Shown here: in pieces, positions 1-10,397 of the stretch
Layout of the letters: every line of letters starts with the position of its first letter
Position numbering within the stretch: position 1 is the first letter of the stretch
Assembly (NCBI GenBank): GCA_023229175.1
Contig: JALNZV010000007.1
Coordinates: forward strand, 18,550-82,549
Length of the DNA stretch: 64,000 nucleotides
Origin: Tissierellaceae bacterium
Lineage (GTDB): Bacteria; Bacillota; Clostridia; Tissierellales; Tissierellaceae
Reading direction: 5' to 3'
Position numbers and translations under genes: made by a program
Notes under the pieces: model-generated
What the model saw: only the letters and a program-made list of their open reading frames with translations
The model's database searches: none
Told to the model about the DNA's origin: nothing

Positions 1-269
1 CCTGCAGCAGCAGAACCTACTAAAAATGCTAATACTGCACCCAATAAGCCTGATTCCTCACCCATGAATTTAACCATAGTATCCCTTGGCACCCATACAT
101 CCAATAGACCTAAGAGAATAAACACAGGAGGTAAAATCAACATCATTTCCTTGGAACTATTTATAATTGTATTTACTGATTTCACTCCAATATCCTTATT
201 CCAAATAAAAGCCAAGGCTACAAGGCCTAAAGACAAAATAAACATAAGGTATCTTTTCAGCAGTTTCAT
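1..269 (-). CDS. Membrane permease subunit (ArsP/YraQ-like two-component permease family); the C-terminal part lies beyond the window start
   Basis: Own minus-strand translation from ATG 269-267 gives MKLLKRYLMFILSLGLVALAFIWNKDIGVKSVNTIINSSKEMMLILPPVFILLGLLDVWVPRDTMVKFMGEESG. The gene starts 1 nt after the stop of the upstream permease gene. It is missing from the ORF track because it runs off the edge. Confidence 0.6.
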   Translation of the reverse strand, partial: MKLLKRYLMFILSLGLVALAFIWNKDIGVKSVNTIINSSKEMMLILPPVFILLGLLDVWVPRDTMVKFMGEESGLLGAVLAFLVGSAAA

Positions 270-270
270 A

Positions 271-750
271 TTACACTACCACCTTTCCGATAATAAACGC
301 CACTACAAAGGCAAGAGTAAAAGCTAAAGAATTTCGCAATATAGTAAATTTCTTGCCAAAAAACTTGATTTCCAATGGGAATGTGATGACACCAACCATA
401 GTTAAAGTAGATATAAACGCACTAAGCTGCATATATCCAGCACCATTTTGCAGCAAAATTGCCGCCAATGGAAAAGCCACAAAAGCAGGTATTAATGTGA
501 CTGAACCCAACAATGCTGCTATGATAACGCCATACCAACCAGAGGAATTACCAATAATCTTACTTATGGTTTCGGGGCTTAAGACAGATACTATAACCCC
601 AATTAAGGTTATCATTGACAACATTTGCGGAAGTATATTTTCAAAAGACTTCCAAGCTTTCATTAAAGATTGCTTCGTCTTTTTTTTGTCCTTCATAAAC
701 GAAACCAACAATAAACCAATAGCTAATGAATAAAAAATTATATTTTGCAT
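271..750 (-). CDS. Membrane permease subunit (second half of a two-component permease pair)
   Basis: 159-aa polytopic hydrophobic ORF. It is translationally coupled to the downstream permease fragment and follows a PadR regulator. Confidence 0.65.
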   Translation of the reverse strand: MQNIIFYSLAIGLLLVSFMKDKKKTKQSLMKAWKSFENILPQMLSMITLIGVIVSVLSPETISKIIGNSSGWYGVIIAALLGSVTLIPAFVAFPLAAILLQNGAGYMQLSAFISTLTMVGVITFPLEIKFFGKKFTILRNSLAFTLAFVVAFIIGKVVV

Positions 751-767
751 ATTAACCTCCTAATAAA

Positions 768-1097
768 TTATTTTAAATTCTCATACTTTTCAATAATAGT
801 TTCAATTTGACTTTTTCTGTTTTTTAACATCCAAATCCAATTTTTCAAGTCTTGTTCGCCGTCCGCCGTAATTTCATAAACTCTCTTCCTTGGACCTTGA
901 TCGCTTTCTGCCCAAGAAGAAGTAATTAGACCTCTTTTCTCCATACTTCGTAAATTTCGATAAATAACTGAAATATTTAGAGAATCCTCCTCAAAACCAA
1001 ACTTATGCAAATCGTTCATCAAATTGTAACCGTATGACTTGTTTTCCTTTAGCAATATCAAAAGACAAGCCTCTAATAATCCACTTCTATTGTGCAT
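768..1097 (-). CDS. PadR-family transcriptional regulator
   Basis: Sequence LEACLLILLKENKSYGYNLMNDL...IYRNLRSMEKRGLITSSW...RKRVYEITADGEQ is a typical PadR winged helix. The ATG at 1097 is preferred over the GTG at 1139, which lies inside its own SD. Confidence 0.8.
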   Translation of the reverse strand: MHNRSGLLEACLLILLKENKSYGYNLMNDLHKFGFEEDSLNISVIYRNLRSMEKRGLITSSWAESDQGPRKRVYEITADGEQDLKNWIWMLKNRKSQIETIIEKYENLK

Positions 1098-1372
1098 ACG
1101 GGAGCAACCCTCTTTATTTTTTTTCACCTTATATATCACCTCACAATAAAATTAAAATCGTTCAATATCTGACAGCATATTACATATGACGACTATATAC
1201 CTATATGCTATATGTTCATTCACTATATACACTAAGCACATAGTAACATAAATAGAATATCATGTCAACAAATTATTTAAAAAATTTTATCTGAATTCCA
1301 TCGTTGAGTTTAGGAAATAAAAGGAATATAATGAAAGTGACATATGTCAACAATTATATTAGGAGGGATATT

Positions 1373-2926
1373 ATGGCTTATAGTCCTTCATTGGGAAGTA
1401 CTATTACAAACACAAAGATGAGGACACCGGAAAATGTATCTCAATTTTCAGGTATGTGCGCAGTTTGTACTTATAATTGCACAGGAACATGTGAAATAGG
1501 CTTGTCGGCAATAAGAGGTTCAGAGGCAATATATCCGTATAAAACAGACATAAACCAGTTTGCATCTGAAAAAGACTATCCACTGGATTTATCACATTTC
1601 AATATTAATGGCAGGGTTTTTGGTGCGGTGGGAATTGAGGAAGATGCCGATAAGGCGACATTTCCAAATGTAAACGTAAAAGCAAATCTAGGCATTAAAA
1701 ACAAAGTAGAACTGGAGGCCCCCATAATACTTCCAGCAATTGCAAAGTTAGATTGGAGGGATTACTTTGCAGGAGCTGCCTTGGCGGGAATTGGGGTAAT
1801 CATTGGAGAAGATGGAATACCAAAGGATGAAAACTTAGTTTTAGAAAATGGAAAGGTAGTATCATCGCCTTTAGTTGAAGACATGGTAAATACTTTTAGA
1901 AAGTATTACAGAGGATATGGAGAAATTGGATTACAAGGCAACTTCGACGATGAAGGTATGGGGGTATTGGATTATGCCATTACAAAATTGGGAGTGAAAA
2001 CAGTAGAATTGAAATTTGGCCAAGGTGCTAAAGGAATACAAGGTATGGGAATAGTAAAGGAATTAGAAGAAGCTCTGAAACAACAGCAAAAAGGGTATTA
2101 TATCAATCCAGATCCCTCAGATTCCAAAGTAGCCGAAGATTATAAAAAGGGCATAGGGCCATTTTTCGAAAAGATTGGCAGAATTCCAATGTGGAATGAG
2201 GAAGCATTACTACAGAGGATTGAGGAATTAAGGAATTTAGGTGCCGAGAGAATCCTATTTAAGGTGGGACCTTTTGACCCTAGGGACCTAGTAACCATCC
2301 TTAAAATTGCATCAAAAGCAGAAGTTGATTTAGTAACTTTTGACGGAGCAGGGGGTGGCACAGGCAATAGTCCATCTAAGATGATGAACGAGTGGGGAAT
2401 ACCAACTGTATACATGGAAAGTATCATATACAAAACATTGAAGAAACTGGAAGAGAAGGGATACCCATTGCCTCAAATCGCAATAGCAGGTGGAATAGTG
2501 ACTGAGGATCATGTATTCAAGACATTGTCCATGGGTGCACCATATGTCGGTTTAGTAGGCATAGGCAGAGGTGCCATGGCAGCAGGTATGAGCGGCAAAA
2601 CAGTAGGAGAACTGCTAAGGCAGGGAAAGGCAGTTAAAGGATACGAAAGATTTGGAAATACTGTAGAAGAGGTATTTACAGGGTATAGGCAGTTGAAGGC
2701 CTATTATGGCAATGATGCAAAAGATATACCTACGGGTGCCGTCGGGGTATATTCATATATTCACAGAGTAGTGACAGGCCTAAAACAACTAATGACTTTA
2801 AATAGAAAATTCGCATTAGAATATATTGAGAGAGATGATATAATTCCATTGACAGAATTAGCTGCGAAGGTCACTGGATTAAAGACATACGACGAGATTT
2901 TAAATGAAGAACTGAAAAACTTATAA
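1373..2926 (+). CDS. FMN-binding glutamate synthase family protein (stand-alone GltB central-domain-like oxidoreductase)
   Basis: Carries the FDGAGGGTGNSP motif and an N-terminal Cys cluster CAVCTYNCTGTCEIG. An AGGAGG SD precedes the ATG at 1373. Confidence 0.75.
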   Translation: MAYSPSLGSTITNTKMRTPENVSQFSGMCAVCTYNCTGTCEIGLSAIRGSEAIYPYKTDINQFASEKDYPLDLSHFNINGRVFGAVGIEEDADKATFPNVNVKANLGIKNKVELEAPIILPAIAKLDWRDYFAGAALAGIGVIIGEDGIPKDENLVLENGKVVSSPLVEDMVNTFRKYYRGYGEIGLQGNFDDEGMGVLDYAITKLGVKTVELKFGQGAKGIQGMGIVKELEEALKQQQKGYYINPDPSDSKVAEDYKKGIGPFFEKIGRIPMWNEEALLQRIEELRNLGAERILFKVGPFDPRDLVTILKIASKAEVDLVTFDGAGGGTGNSPSKMMNEWGIPTVYMESIIYKTLKKLEEKGYPLPQIAIAGGIVTEDHVFKTLSMGAPYVGLVGIGRGAMAAGMSGKTVGELLRQGKAVKGYERFGNTVEEVFTGYRQLKAYYGNDAKDIPTGAVGVYSYIHRVVTGLKQLMTLNRKFALEYIERDDIIPLTELAAKVTGLKTYDEILNEELKNL

Positions 2927-2930
2927 ATTT

Positions 2931-2968
2931 AATGGCACCTTTAAGTCTTGGACTTTAAAGGTGCCATT
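2931..2968. terminator. Symmetric hairpin (14-bp arms), likely bidirectional terminator
   Basis: The arms are aatggcacctttaa and ttaaaggtgccatt, flanked by aaattt on both sides. Confidence 0.6.
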
Positions 2969-3074
2969 AAATTTATGGAAATAATAACCACTTTTTACTC
3001 CTAACTGATATAATAGTAGGTGAAACATTAATAAGAAAGAATAACATTTAATGTTAAAAAGGAGAATAATAAAA

Positions 3075-3554
3075 ATGGCAATACTAAGGGAAATATTTAA
3101 CATATTAAGTATTGAATTTACAGTAATGTTGACAGCAGCATTGCCAATTATAGAATTAAGGGGTGCAATACCCGTAGGTATCTCCTTAGGATTGTCGCCT
3201 TTACACGCTTTTTTTCTTGGTTTTATCGGCAGCCTAATTCCCGTTCCATTTATTTTGATTGCAATTAAGCCCATATTTGACAACTTAAAGAAGACAAAAG
3301 TCTTTAGAAAAATTGTAGATAGGTTAGTTGCCAGAAGTTTTAACAAATCTCACTTTATTCGAAGATATGGTTCCTTAGGACTGTTAATATTTGTTGCATT
3401 GCCAATTCCAGGTACGGGAGTATGGAGTGGCAGCCTTATAGCTGCATTATTGAATATTAGATACAAATGGGCATTTCCCTCTATAATAATCGGTAACCTA
3501 ATATCAGGAGCCATAGTATGGCTGTTAAGCGTAGGAGCATTAAGTATATCATAA
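3075..3554 (+). CDS. Small multidrug export protein family (COG2426-like membrane protein)
   Basis: Motifs LPIIELRGAIPVGISLGL and ALPIPGTGVWSGSLIAALL. An AAGGAG SD lies before the ATG at 3075. Confidence 0.65.
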   Translation: MAILREIFNILSIEFTVMLTAALPIIELRGAIPVGISLGLSPLHAFFLGFIGSLIPVPFILIAIKPIFDNLKKTKVFRKIVDRLVARSFNKSHFIRRYGSLGLLIFVALPIPGTGVWSGSLIAALLNIRYKWAFPSIIIGNLISGAIVWLLSVGALSIS

Positions 3555-3574
3555 TAATAAAGGAGGAGTAGATT

Positions 3575-4081
3575 GTGTTGGGATTAATAAAGACTAGAAA
3601 GAAAGGGTTTAACATCAGATTTGCAGAAGAAAAAGACGTAAAATTAATACTGAAGTTTATCAAGGAACTGGCAGATTATGAAAAACTATTACATGAGGTG
3701 GTGGCAACAGAAGAGATACTGTTTGATTCTTTATTTGTAAAAAAGGCAGCAGAAGTTATTATCGGTGAATACGAAGGAGAACCCATAGGATTTGCTCTAT
3801 TCTTCCACAACTTTTCAACATTTTTAGGTAGGCCGGGAATTTATCTTGAGGATTTGTATATAAGGCCAGAAATGAGAAATCGAGGATATGGAAAGACGCT
3901 TCTTGCATTTCTTGCTAAATTAGCAAAAGAGAGAAACTGCGGTAGATTTGAATGGTGGTGCATAGATTGGAATGAACCATCCATAGAGTTTTACAAAAGC
4001 ATAGGTGCCGTTCCAATGGATGAGTGGACTGTATTTAGGGTGACTGGAAAAGCACTAGATGATTTAGCAAAGGACTTTTAA
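3575..4081 (+). CDS. GNAT N-acetyltransferase (diamine/spermidine acetyltransferase-like)
   Basis: Contains YLEDLYIRPEMRNRGYGKTLLAFLAKLA, the acetyl-CoA-binding R/Q-x-x-G-x-G motif. GTG start after an AGGAGGAG SD. Confidence 0.8.
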   Translation: MLGLIKTRKKGFNIRFAEEKDVKLILKFIKELADYEKLLHEVVATEEILFDSLFVKKAAEVIIGEYEGEPIGFALFFHNFSTFLGRPGIYLEDLYIRPEMRNRGYGKTLLAFLAKLAKERNCGRFEWWCIDWNEPSIEFYKSIGAVPMDEWTVFRVTGKALDDLAKDF

Positions 4082-4188
4082 AACTAGGACCTTTAACCTA
4101 GTCTATTTATTTCCCTATGGAAAGAAGGAATTTTTTTACTTGTGTAGAATAGTATAATAACTAGATGATATTGTTTAGGGGGAAAAAG

Positions 4189-4347
4189 ATGGTAGAAAAT
4201 TTATTGCTAATTGCCAAGGATTTATTGTATTCATTGAGCATAATAGAATTTTCAGAAGAGGAAAAAGATTACATTATTTCTGTAACAAAAAAAGTTATAG
4301 AATTGTCGCTGACGGAACTCATGGAATTACATACTGAATCAAAATGA
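4189..4347 (+). CDS. Small hypothetical protein (52 aa)
   Basis: An ORF with a GGGGGA SD, followed by a hairpin at 4364-4385. No recognisable family. Confidence 0.35.
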   Translation: MVENLLLIAKDLLYSLSIIEFSEEEKDYIISVTKKVIELSLTELMELHTESK

Positions 4348-4443
4348 GTGTAATAAACAGGTAGCCACAGGGCTATCTGTTTATTTAAAATGCTTATGAT
4401 AAAAGGTAAAGGACCAAGTATAAAATACTTGGTCCTTTGATAA

Positions 4444-4527
4444 TGCCGAAGGCGGGAATCGAACCCGCACGGTATTGCTACCACAGGATTTTGAGTCCAG
4501 CGCGTCTGCCAGTTCCACCACTTCGGC
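4444..4527 (-). tRNA. tRNA-Leu (anticodon CAA), type II with long variable arm
   Basis: The reverse complement is GCCGAAGTGGTGGAACTGGCAGACGCGCTGGACTCAAAATCCTGTGGTAGCAATACCGTGCGGGTTCGATTCCCGCCTTCGGCA. It shows the GTTCGATTC T-loop and anticodon loop CUCAAAA. There is one U-U mismatch in the anticodon stem. Confidence 0.9.
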
Positions 4528-4654
4528 GAAATCAATAAACTAATAATACCACAAACTAAAAGATAAATCAATATTTTTATTTTACCTTTGTTTACTGATT
4601 AAACCTTTTAAGGTATACTTAAAGATATGGACAATAGAATGGAGTGATTTTTAA

Positions 4655-7312
4655 ATGGATAGAAAAAAGTTAATGGTTATTGACGGGAGTTCCCTATTAC
4701 ATAGAGCCTTTTATGCCTTGCCGCTATTATCAAATAAAGAAGGTATATATACAAATGGTTTATATGGTTTTTTAACTATGTTATACAAGGTCCAGGAAGA
4801 TATAAATCCTGATTATTTATGCATAGTATTTGATAAGAAAGGTCCAACATTTAGGCATAAAGAGTACGATAAATATAAAGCTCATAGGTCCGCCACTCCT
4901 TCAGAATTAGCCCAACAGTTTCCAATTATGAAAGATATTCTGGAAGCAATGAATATAAGTTACCTAGAATTGTCTGGATATGAAGCAGATGACATAGCAG
5001 GGGCTATAGCAAAAAAAGGTGAAAAGGACTATGAAATTTTTCTAGTTACAGGAGATAAAGATTATTTACAGCTTGCCACAGACAACACAAAAGTATTAAT
5101 TACTAGAAAAGGAATTACAGAGATAGAAGAATACGATAGGAATAAAATAATAGATGAATTTGGCATTACACCCCATCAATTAATAGATTTAAAAGGATTG
5201 ATGGGAGATGCCTCCGATAATATACCAGGGGTACCAGGAATTGGAGAGAAGACTGGATTAAAATTGCTCAAAGAATATGATACAATTGAAAATATTTATG
5301 AAAACTTAGATAATATAAAAGGAAAGAAATTAAAAGAAAATCTAACTGAGAACAAACAACTGGCATTTTTAAGCAGAAGGCTAGGGGAAATAATGACTAC
5401 AGTTCCCACGGACATTGATATAGATGAATTTCAGGTGAAAGAACCAAAGTGGGATAAATTAAAATCTTTGTATGAAAACTTGGAATTCAATAGCTTACTC
5501 AAAAAAATTACCTTTGAAGGGGAAGAGGTAAAATCAGTAGGTCTTGAATACAATATAATAAAAGACAATCAATATAGCTTTATAATAAAGGAGATAGAAA
5601 AGGAAAAGAAATTCAGCTTTAAAATCATCACAGCAGAGGACAATTATATTGAAAGCGAAATAATTGGTATTGGAATAAAAACAAAAAACAAACCAACTAA
5701 TATTATTTTATTTGAAGACGACAAAAAGAAATTCTTTGAGGAATTTAAAACTATATTTGAAGATGAGAAAATAGAAAAGATTGGACACAATTTAAAGAAA
5801 GAAATAGTCACACTTTTGAGGATGTCCATACAATTGTCAGGAATGTCTTTTGATTCGATGATAGCTGGATATTTATTAGATCCAACGCAAAATGGCTATT
5901 TCATTAAAAATCTAAGTGAAGAATACCTAAGTATTCCAGGAACGGACGAAGAAAAGATATTGGGCAAGGGGAAAAAAAGAAAAAGTTATAACCAATTGAC
6001 AGAAAAAGAATTAGGAGAAATAGTATCTTTTACCTTAGATACAGTATTCAGCATTGAAGATAAAATGATGAAGACCATTACAGAGCAAGAAATGATAGAC
6101 CTCTATAATGATGTAGAATTACCCTTAGTAGAGGTGTTGGCTAATATGGAATACGAAGGGTTTAAAATAGATACAAATGAATTAAAGAGATTAGGTAAGG
6201 AGTACGATGAAGAAATCGAAAAACTTACCCGGGAAATATACAATCTAGCCGGTGCGGAATTTAATATAAATTCTCCAAAGCAATTGGGCGAGATTCTATT
6301 TGACAAATTGGGGCTACCAATTATAAAGAAGACAAAAACAGGATATTCAACAGATGCTGAGGTACTGGATAAATTAAAAGATATGCATCCTATGATAGAA
6401 AAGGTACTGAGATATAGGCAAATAGTAAAGTTAAAATCCACGTACATTGACGGACTTTTGGCATTAATCAACGAAGACACAAAAAGAATACATTCCAGCT
6501 TCAATCAAACCATAACTTCTACTGGGAGAATAAGCAGCACAGAACCAAATCTACAGAATATCCCTGTCAGGACAGAAGACGGTAGGAAAATAAGAAAAGC
6601 CTTTGTAGCGGAAGATGGTTATTCCCTGGTAGATGCAGATTATTCTCAAATTGAGTTGAGAATATTAGCCCATATATCAAAGGATCCAAAGCTGATAGAT
6701 GCCTTTATACACAATGAGGATATACATAGAAAAACAGCTTCAGAAGTATTCAATGTATCCATGGAAGAAGTAAGCTCCCATATGAGATCCAGTGCAAAAG
6801 CTGTAAACTTTGGTATAATTTATGGAATTTCAGATTATGGACTATCTAGAGATTTGAATATCACTAGGAAAGAGGCAAAAATATATATAGATAAATACCT
6901 GAAAAATTATGAAAAAGTCAAAGATTATATGGAGGACATTGTGAACATAGGAAAAGAGCAGGGATATGTAGAGACAATACTCCATAGGAGGAGATATGTA
7001 CCTGAACTGCAGGCAAGAAATTTCAACATAAAGTCCTTTGGAGAACGTATAGCCATGAATACCCCTATCCAAGGCTCCGCAGCAGACATCATAAAGATGG
7101 CTATGGTAAAGGTGTTTTGGGAATTGAAAAAAAGAAACCTAAAATCTAGATTAATACTGCAAATTCACGACGAATTAATAATTGAGGCGCCGATAAACGA
7201 ATCTGAAGAAGTCAAAAAAATACTTAAAGATGTCATGGAAAACTCAATAAAACTAGACATACCCCTATTAGTAGACCTAGAGGTTGGTGATAGCTGGTAT
7301 GAAACGAAATAA
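4655..7312 (+). CDS. polA: DNA polymerase I
   Basis: 885 aa with a 5' nuclease N-terminus (LMVIDGSSLLHRAFYA) and polymerase motifs DYSQIELRILAH, KAVNFGIIYG and QIHDELI. Confidence 0.97.
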   Translation: MDRKKLMVIDGSSLLHRAFYALPLLSNKEGIYTNGLYGFLTMLYKVQEDINPDYLCIVFDKKGPTFRHKEYDKYKAHRSATPSELAQQFPIMKDILEAMNISYLELSGYEADDIAGAIAKKGEKDYEIFLVTGDKDYLQLATDNTKVLITRKGITEIEEYDRNKIIDEFGITPHQLIDLKGLMGDASDNIPGVPGIGEKTGLKLLKEYDTIENIYENLDNIKGKKLKENLTENKQLAFLSRRLGEIMTTVPTDIDIDEFQVKEPKWDKLKSLYENLEFNSLLKKITFEGEEVKSVGLEYNIIKDNQYSFIIKEIEKEKKFSFKIITAEDNYIESEIIGIGIKTKNKPTNIILFEDDKKKFFEEFKTIFEDEKIEKIGHNLKKEIVTLLRMSIQLSGMSFDSMIAGYLLDPTQNGYFIKNLSEEYLSIPGTDEEKILGKGKKRKSYNQLTEKELGEIVSFTLDTVFSIEDKMMKTITEQEMIDLYNDVELPLVEVLANMEYEGFKIDTNELKRLGKEYDEEIEKLTREIYNLAGAEFNINSPKQLGEILFDKLGLPIIKKTKTGYSTDAEVLDKLKDMHPMIEKVLRYRQIVKLKSTYIDGLLALINEDTKRIHSSFNQTITSTGRISSTEPNLQNIPVRTEDGRKIRKAFVAEDGYSLVDADYSQIELRILAHISKDPKLIDAFIHNEDIHRKTASEVFNVSMEEVSSHMRSSAKAVNFGIIYGISDYGLSRDLNITRKEAKIYIDKYLKNYEKVKDYMEDIVNIGKEQGYVETILHRRRYVPELQARNFNIKSFGERIAMNTPIQGSAADIIKMAMVKVFWELKKRNLKSRLILQIHDELIIEAPINESEEVKKILKDVMENSIKLDIPLLVDLEVGDSWYETK

Positions 7313-7916
7313 ACTTAGGCTCATAGGATTGACAGGAGGTATTGCCACAGGCAAATCAACTGTATCAAACATGCTTATTGACAAAGGGTATGCAGTAATA
7401 GATTCAGACAAAATATCCAGGGAAGTAGTAGAACCTCAAAAACCAGCTTATAATAAGATAACTCAGGAATTCGGAAAAAGTATAATAAACGAGGATAAAA
7501 CAATAAACAGAAAAGCATTGGGGAAGCTGATATTTAACGATGACCAAGCTAGAAAAAAACTAAATTCAATCATACATCCCTATATACTGAATCAAACCTT
7601 AAAAATCATAGGAGATTTATCTAAATCAAATGATATAATATTTCTAGATATTCCACTATTATTTGAAGAATACCAATTATTCACAGAATACGGTATTGAA
7701 TTTGATGAAATATGGCTGATTTACACCACAAGAAATACGCAAATAAAAAGGCTTATGGATAGAGATAAAATAAGCAAAGAAGAAGCTTTAAAAAAGATAG
7801 CAGCACAAATAGATATAAATGAGAAGAAGACAAGATCTTCCAAGATTATCGATAATGGGGGAGATTTAAGAGAATTAAAATTAAAGATTGAAAAAGCATT
7901 AAATGAAATAATCTAA
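7299..7916 (+). CDS. coaE: Dephospho-CoA kinase
   Basis: P-loop sequence IGLTGGIATGKST. The ATG at 7299 overlaps the polA stop by 14 nt. Confidence 0.9.
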   Translation: MKRNKLRLIGLTGGIATGKSTVSNMLIDKGYAVIDSDKISREVVEPQKPAYNKITQEFGKSIINEDKTINRKALGKLIFNDDQARKKLNSIIHPYILNQTLKIIGDLSKSNDIIFLDIPLLFEEYQLFTEYGIEFDEIWLIYTTRNTQIKRLMDRDKISKEEALKKIAAQIDINEKKTRSSKIIDNGGDLRELKLKIEKALNEII

Positions 7917-7935
7917 ATCTTGGAGGGGTAGCTCG

Positions 7936-8583
7936 TTGTTAAGACCAATAAGATTAATAAAAAAAATAATAACATCAATTGTAGTCATAGTTTTTATACT
8001 TTTCGTAGGGCTATTTTATATAACGACAAAATACCCCTTGATATACGAAGAATCTATAGAAAAATACTCTGCAGAATACAATATTGACTTCTATCTAATA
8101 GCATCTATTATCAACGTAGAGAGTAAATACGACAAGAATGCAGTATCAAAAAAAGGTGCCAGAGGTTTAATGCAGATAAGCTCTCAAACTGGACAATGGG
8201 CCAGTGAAGTATTGTCAATAGAAGATTATGATGACGACACGCTTTTTAATCCAGAAACTAATATAAAGATTGGAGCATGGTATTTAGACACGTTAATGGG
8301 TGAATTCGACAGCAGATTTGACTTAGTGTTGGCAGCTTATAATGCTGGCAGCGGAAACGTGAGTAAATGGCTATGTCAAAGAGAATACTCAGAGGATGGA
8401 GTAAACCTTACAAATATACCCTTTAAAGAAACAGAAGATTATTTAAAAAGAGTAAAACAAAATTATAAGGTTTATAGTAAGATATATGGAAATATAAAAA
8501 GCGGAAGAAAAACAGACTCCTTTTATATTAATTTATTACATAATATTAGAAGGACCATAAAATCATTTATAGGGATTATATAG
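7936..8583 (+). CDS. Lytic transglycosylase (SLT domain), membrane anchored
   Basis: Contains VESKYDKNAVSKKGARGLMQI and AAYNAGSGNV, with an N-terminal TM helix. TTG start after a GGAGGGG SD. Confidence 0.85.
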   Translation: MLRPIRLIKKIITSIVVIVFILFVGLFYITTKYPLIYEESIEKYSAEYNIDFYLIASIINVESKYDKNAVSKKGARGLMQISSQTGQWASEVLSIEDYDDDTLFNPETNIKIGAWYLDTLMGEFDSRFDLVLAAYNAGSGNVSKWLCQREYSEDGVNLTNIPFKETEDYLKRVKQNYKVYSKIYGNIKSGRKTDSFYINLLHNIRRTIKSFIGII

Positions 8584-8594
8584 GGAGGACAAAG

Positions 8595-10337
8595 ATGAAA
8601 CTAACAAAGTATATAGCAATCACAATAATAGCACTGATGATTTTGGCTGTCCTTAGCGGCTGTCAAATACAAGATGAGAATTTGGATATGGAAGATAATA
8701 TAGAAGACGACATAGAAGCCATAGTAGAGTACACGCCTGAGTTTGGAGGACAAATAGTTGTACCGCTGACTAATTTTGATACTTTAAATCCTCTAATGAC
8801 AGAAAATAGCAGCTACTATTTTTTTAGCAAGCTAATTTTCGAAGGTCTATTTGAGTTTGACGAAGATTTAAATATCAAAACGCAACTGGCAAAGTCCTAT
8901 AGCATAAAAGACCATGGCAGAACAATAGAAATTGAGCTAATGGACGAAATATATTGGCATGATGGTGAAAAATTAACACCAGAAGATGTCCAATTTACAA
9001 TTAACACCATTAAATACGCAGATATAGACAGCACCTACAATCAAATGTTCTCCAAGGCATTGGGATCTTTCAGTCCAAGCGATTTACGCAGGATAATCGA
9101 TATTAAGATTATAGAGGATATGACCTTCGAGATTACATTTGACAGGGCCTTTAACAATAATTTAGAAGTATTGACATTCCCCATAATTCCTAAGCATCTT
9201 TTTGAAACTACAAAAGGTGGAAACAAGGATTACGCCAGTGCATTGGAGGTCAACAATTATACACCCATAGGCACAGGGCCATTTGTATTCCAATCATATG
9301 AAAAGATGAAGCAAATAACCTTAATTGCAAACGATAATTATAGGAGAAGCAGGCCCTATATCGACAATATAACAGGAAAGGTATTAGAGAATGAAGAAGA
9401 TATACTAACAGCATTTGAAACAGGGCAAATAAATATGGCAACAACCATAGGAGTAGACTGGGACAAGTATAAGCAAAACAATAGAATAAAAACATACGAA
9501 TTTGTTTCAAACAACTATGAATTCTTAGGGTTCAACTTTAAAAATGAAGTTTTCTCCGAAGAAAATGGAAATAACCTGAGAAAGGCAATGGTTTATGGAA
9601 TAGATAGACAATCCATTATCCAAAATCTATACCTTGGCCACGGCACTCAAATAGATGTGCCGATACATCCAGACTCATGGTTATTGTCATCAAAGTCCAA
9701 TACATATGGATATAATTTGGAATTGGCAAAAAGTGAAATTATGAAATTGGGTTTTGAAGATACAGATGGAGACGGAATCTTAGAGGATCAAGAAGGAAAT
9801 AAACTTTCATTTAGACTGCTGACCAATTCTTATAATTTAATGAGAATGAAAACAGCAGAATTAATTAAGAACGACCTTGCAAAATTGGGAATTGAAATAA
9901 CGATTTTTCCGGAAGGGAAAAGAAGCGATGAGCTGACAGCAGAAGATATAGAAGAACAATGGAAAGAAGTGAATGATGTTTTAATATCAGGAGACTATGA
10001 CATAGCCCTTTTAGGCTGGCAAATATCAGTTATTCCCGATTTGTCCTTTGCATTTCACAGCTCGCAAATAGGATATAATACCAATTTCATAAATTACTCC
10101 AGCGAAAATATGAACCAATTATTAGAAAAGGCATTTTTGGATGGAAATAGAGGAAACAAGGTAAAAGCATATGACAAAATACAGGAGTTAATAGTAGACG
10201 AGCTCCCATATATAAGTTTATTTTTTAAAAACAAGGCTTTACTATTAGATAAAAAAATTGTAGGGGATTTGGAACCAACATTTTTCAATCCATATAAGGG
10301 CATAGAAAATGTATTTATACCGAAAGACCTGCAGTAA
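8595..10337 (+). CDS. ABC transporter substrate-binding lipoprotein, family 5 (peptide/nickel type)
   Basis: 580 aa with lipobox LSGC and the family-5 SBP architecture. No permease or ATPase genes are adjacent. Confidence 0.8.
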   Translation: MKLTKYIAITIIALMILAVLSGCQIQDENLDMEDNIEDDIEAIVEYTPEFGGQIVVPLTNFDTLNPLMTENSSYYFFSKLIFEGLFEFDEDLNIKTQLAKSYSIKDHGRTIEIELMDEIYWHDGEKLTPEDVQFTINTIKYADIDSTYNQMFSKALGSFSPSDLRRIIDIKIIEDMTFEITFDRAFNNNLEVLTFPIIPKHLFETTKGGNKDYASALEVNNYTPIGTGPFVFQSYEKMKQITLIANDNYRRSRPYIDNITGKVLENEEDILTAFETGQINMATTIGVDWDKYKQNNRIKTYEFVSNNYEFLGFNFKNEVFSEENGNNLRKAMVYGIDRQSIIQNLYLGHGTQIDVPIHPDSWLLSSKSNTYGYNLELAKSEIMKLGFEDTDGDGILEDQEGNKLSFRLLTNSYNLMRMKTAELIKNDLAKLGIEITIFPEGKRSDELTAEDIEEQWKEVNDVLISGDYDIALLGWQISVIPDLSFAFHSSQIGYNTNFINYSSENMNQLLEKAFLDGNRGNKVKAYDKIQELIVDELPYISLFFKNKALLLDKKIVGDLEPTFFNPYKGIENVFIPKDLQ

Positions 10338-10397
10338 TTTAGAATTAAAGATTTGTTGAAAAAAAGATGAAAATATAGTAAAATAATATAGTAAGAC

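Noticed and set aside
64-733. Plus-strand ORFs 64-327 and 353-733
   Set aside because: They lie antisense to the two hydrophobic permease genes, have no SD and show no family resemblance. They are shadow ORFs typical of AT-rich DNA.
4269-4571. ORF 4269-4571 (-), plus ORFs 10245-10580 (-) and 10094-10399 (-)
   Set aside because: They run through the tRNA-Leu genes or their terminators. The tRNA structure explains the sequence.
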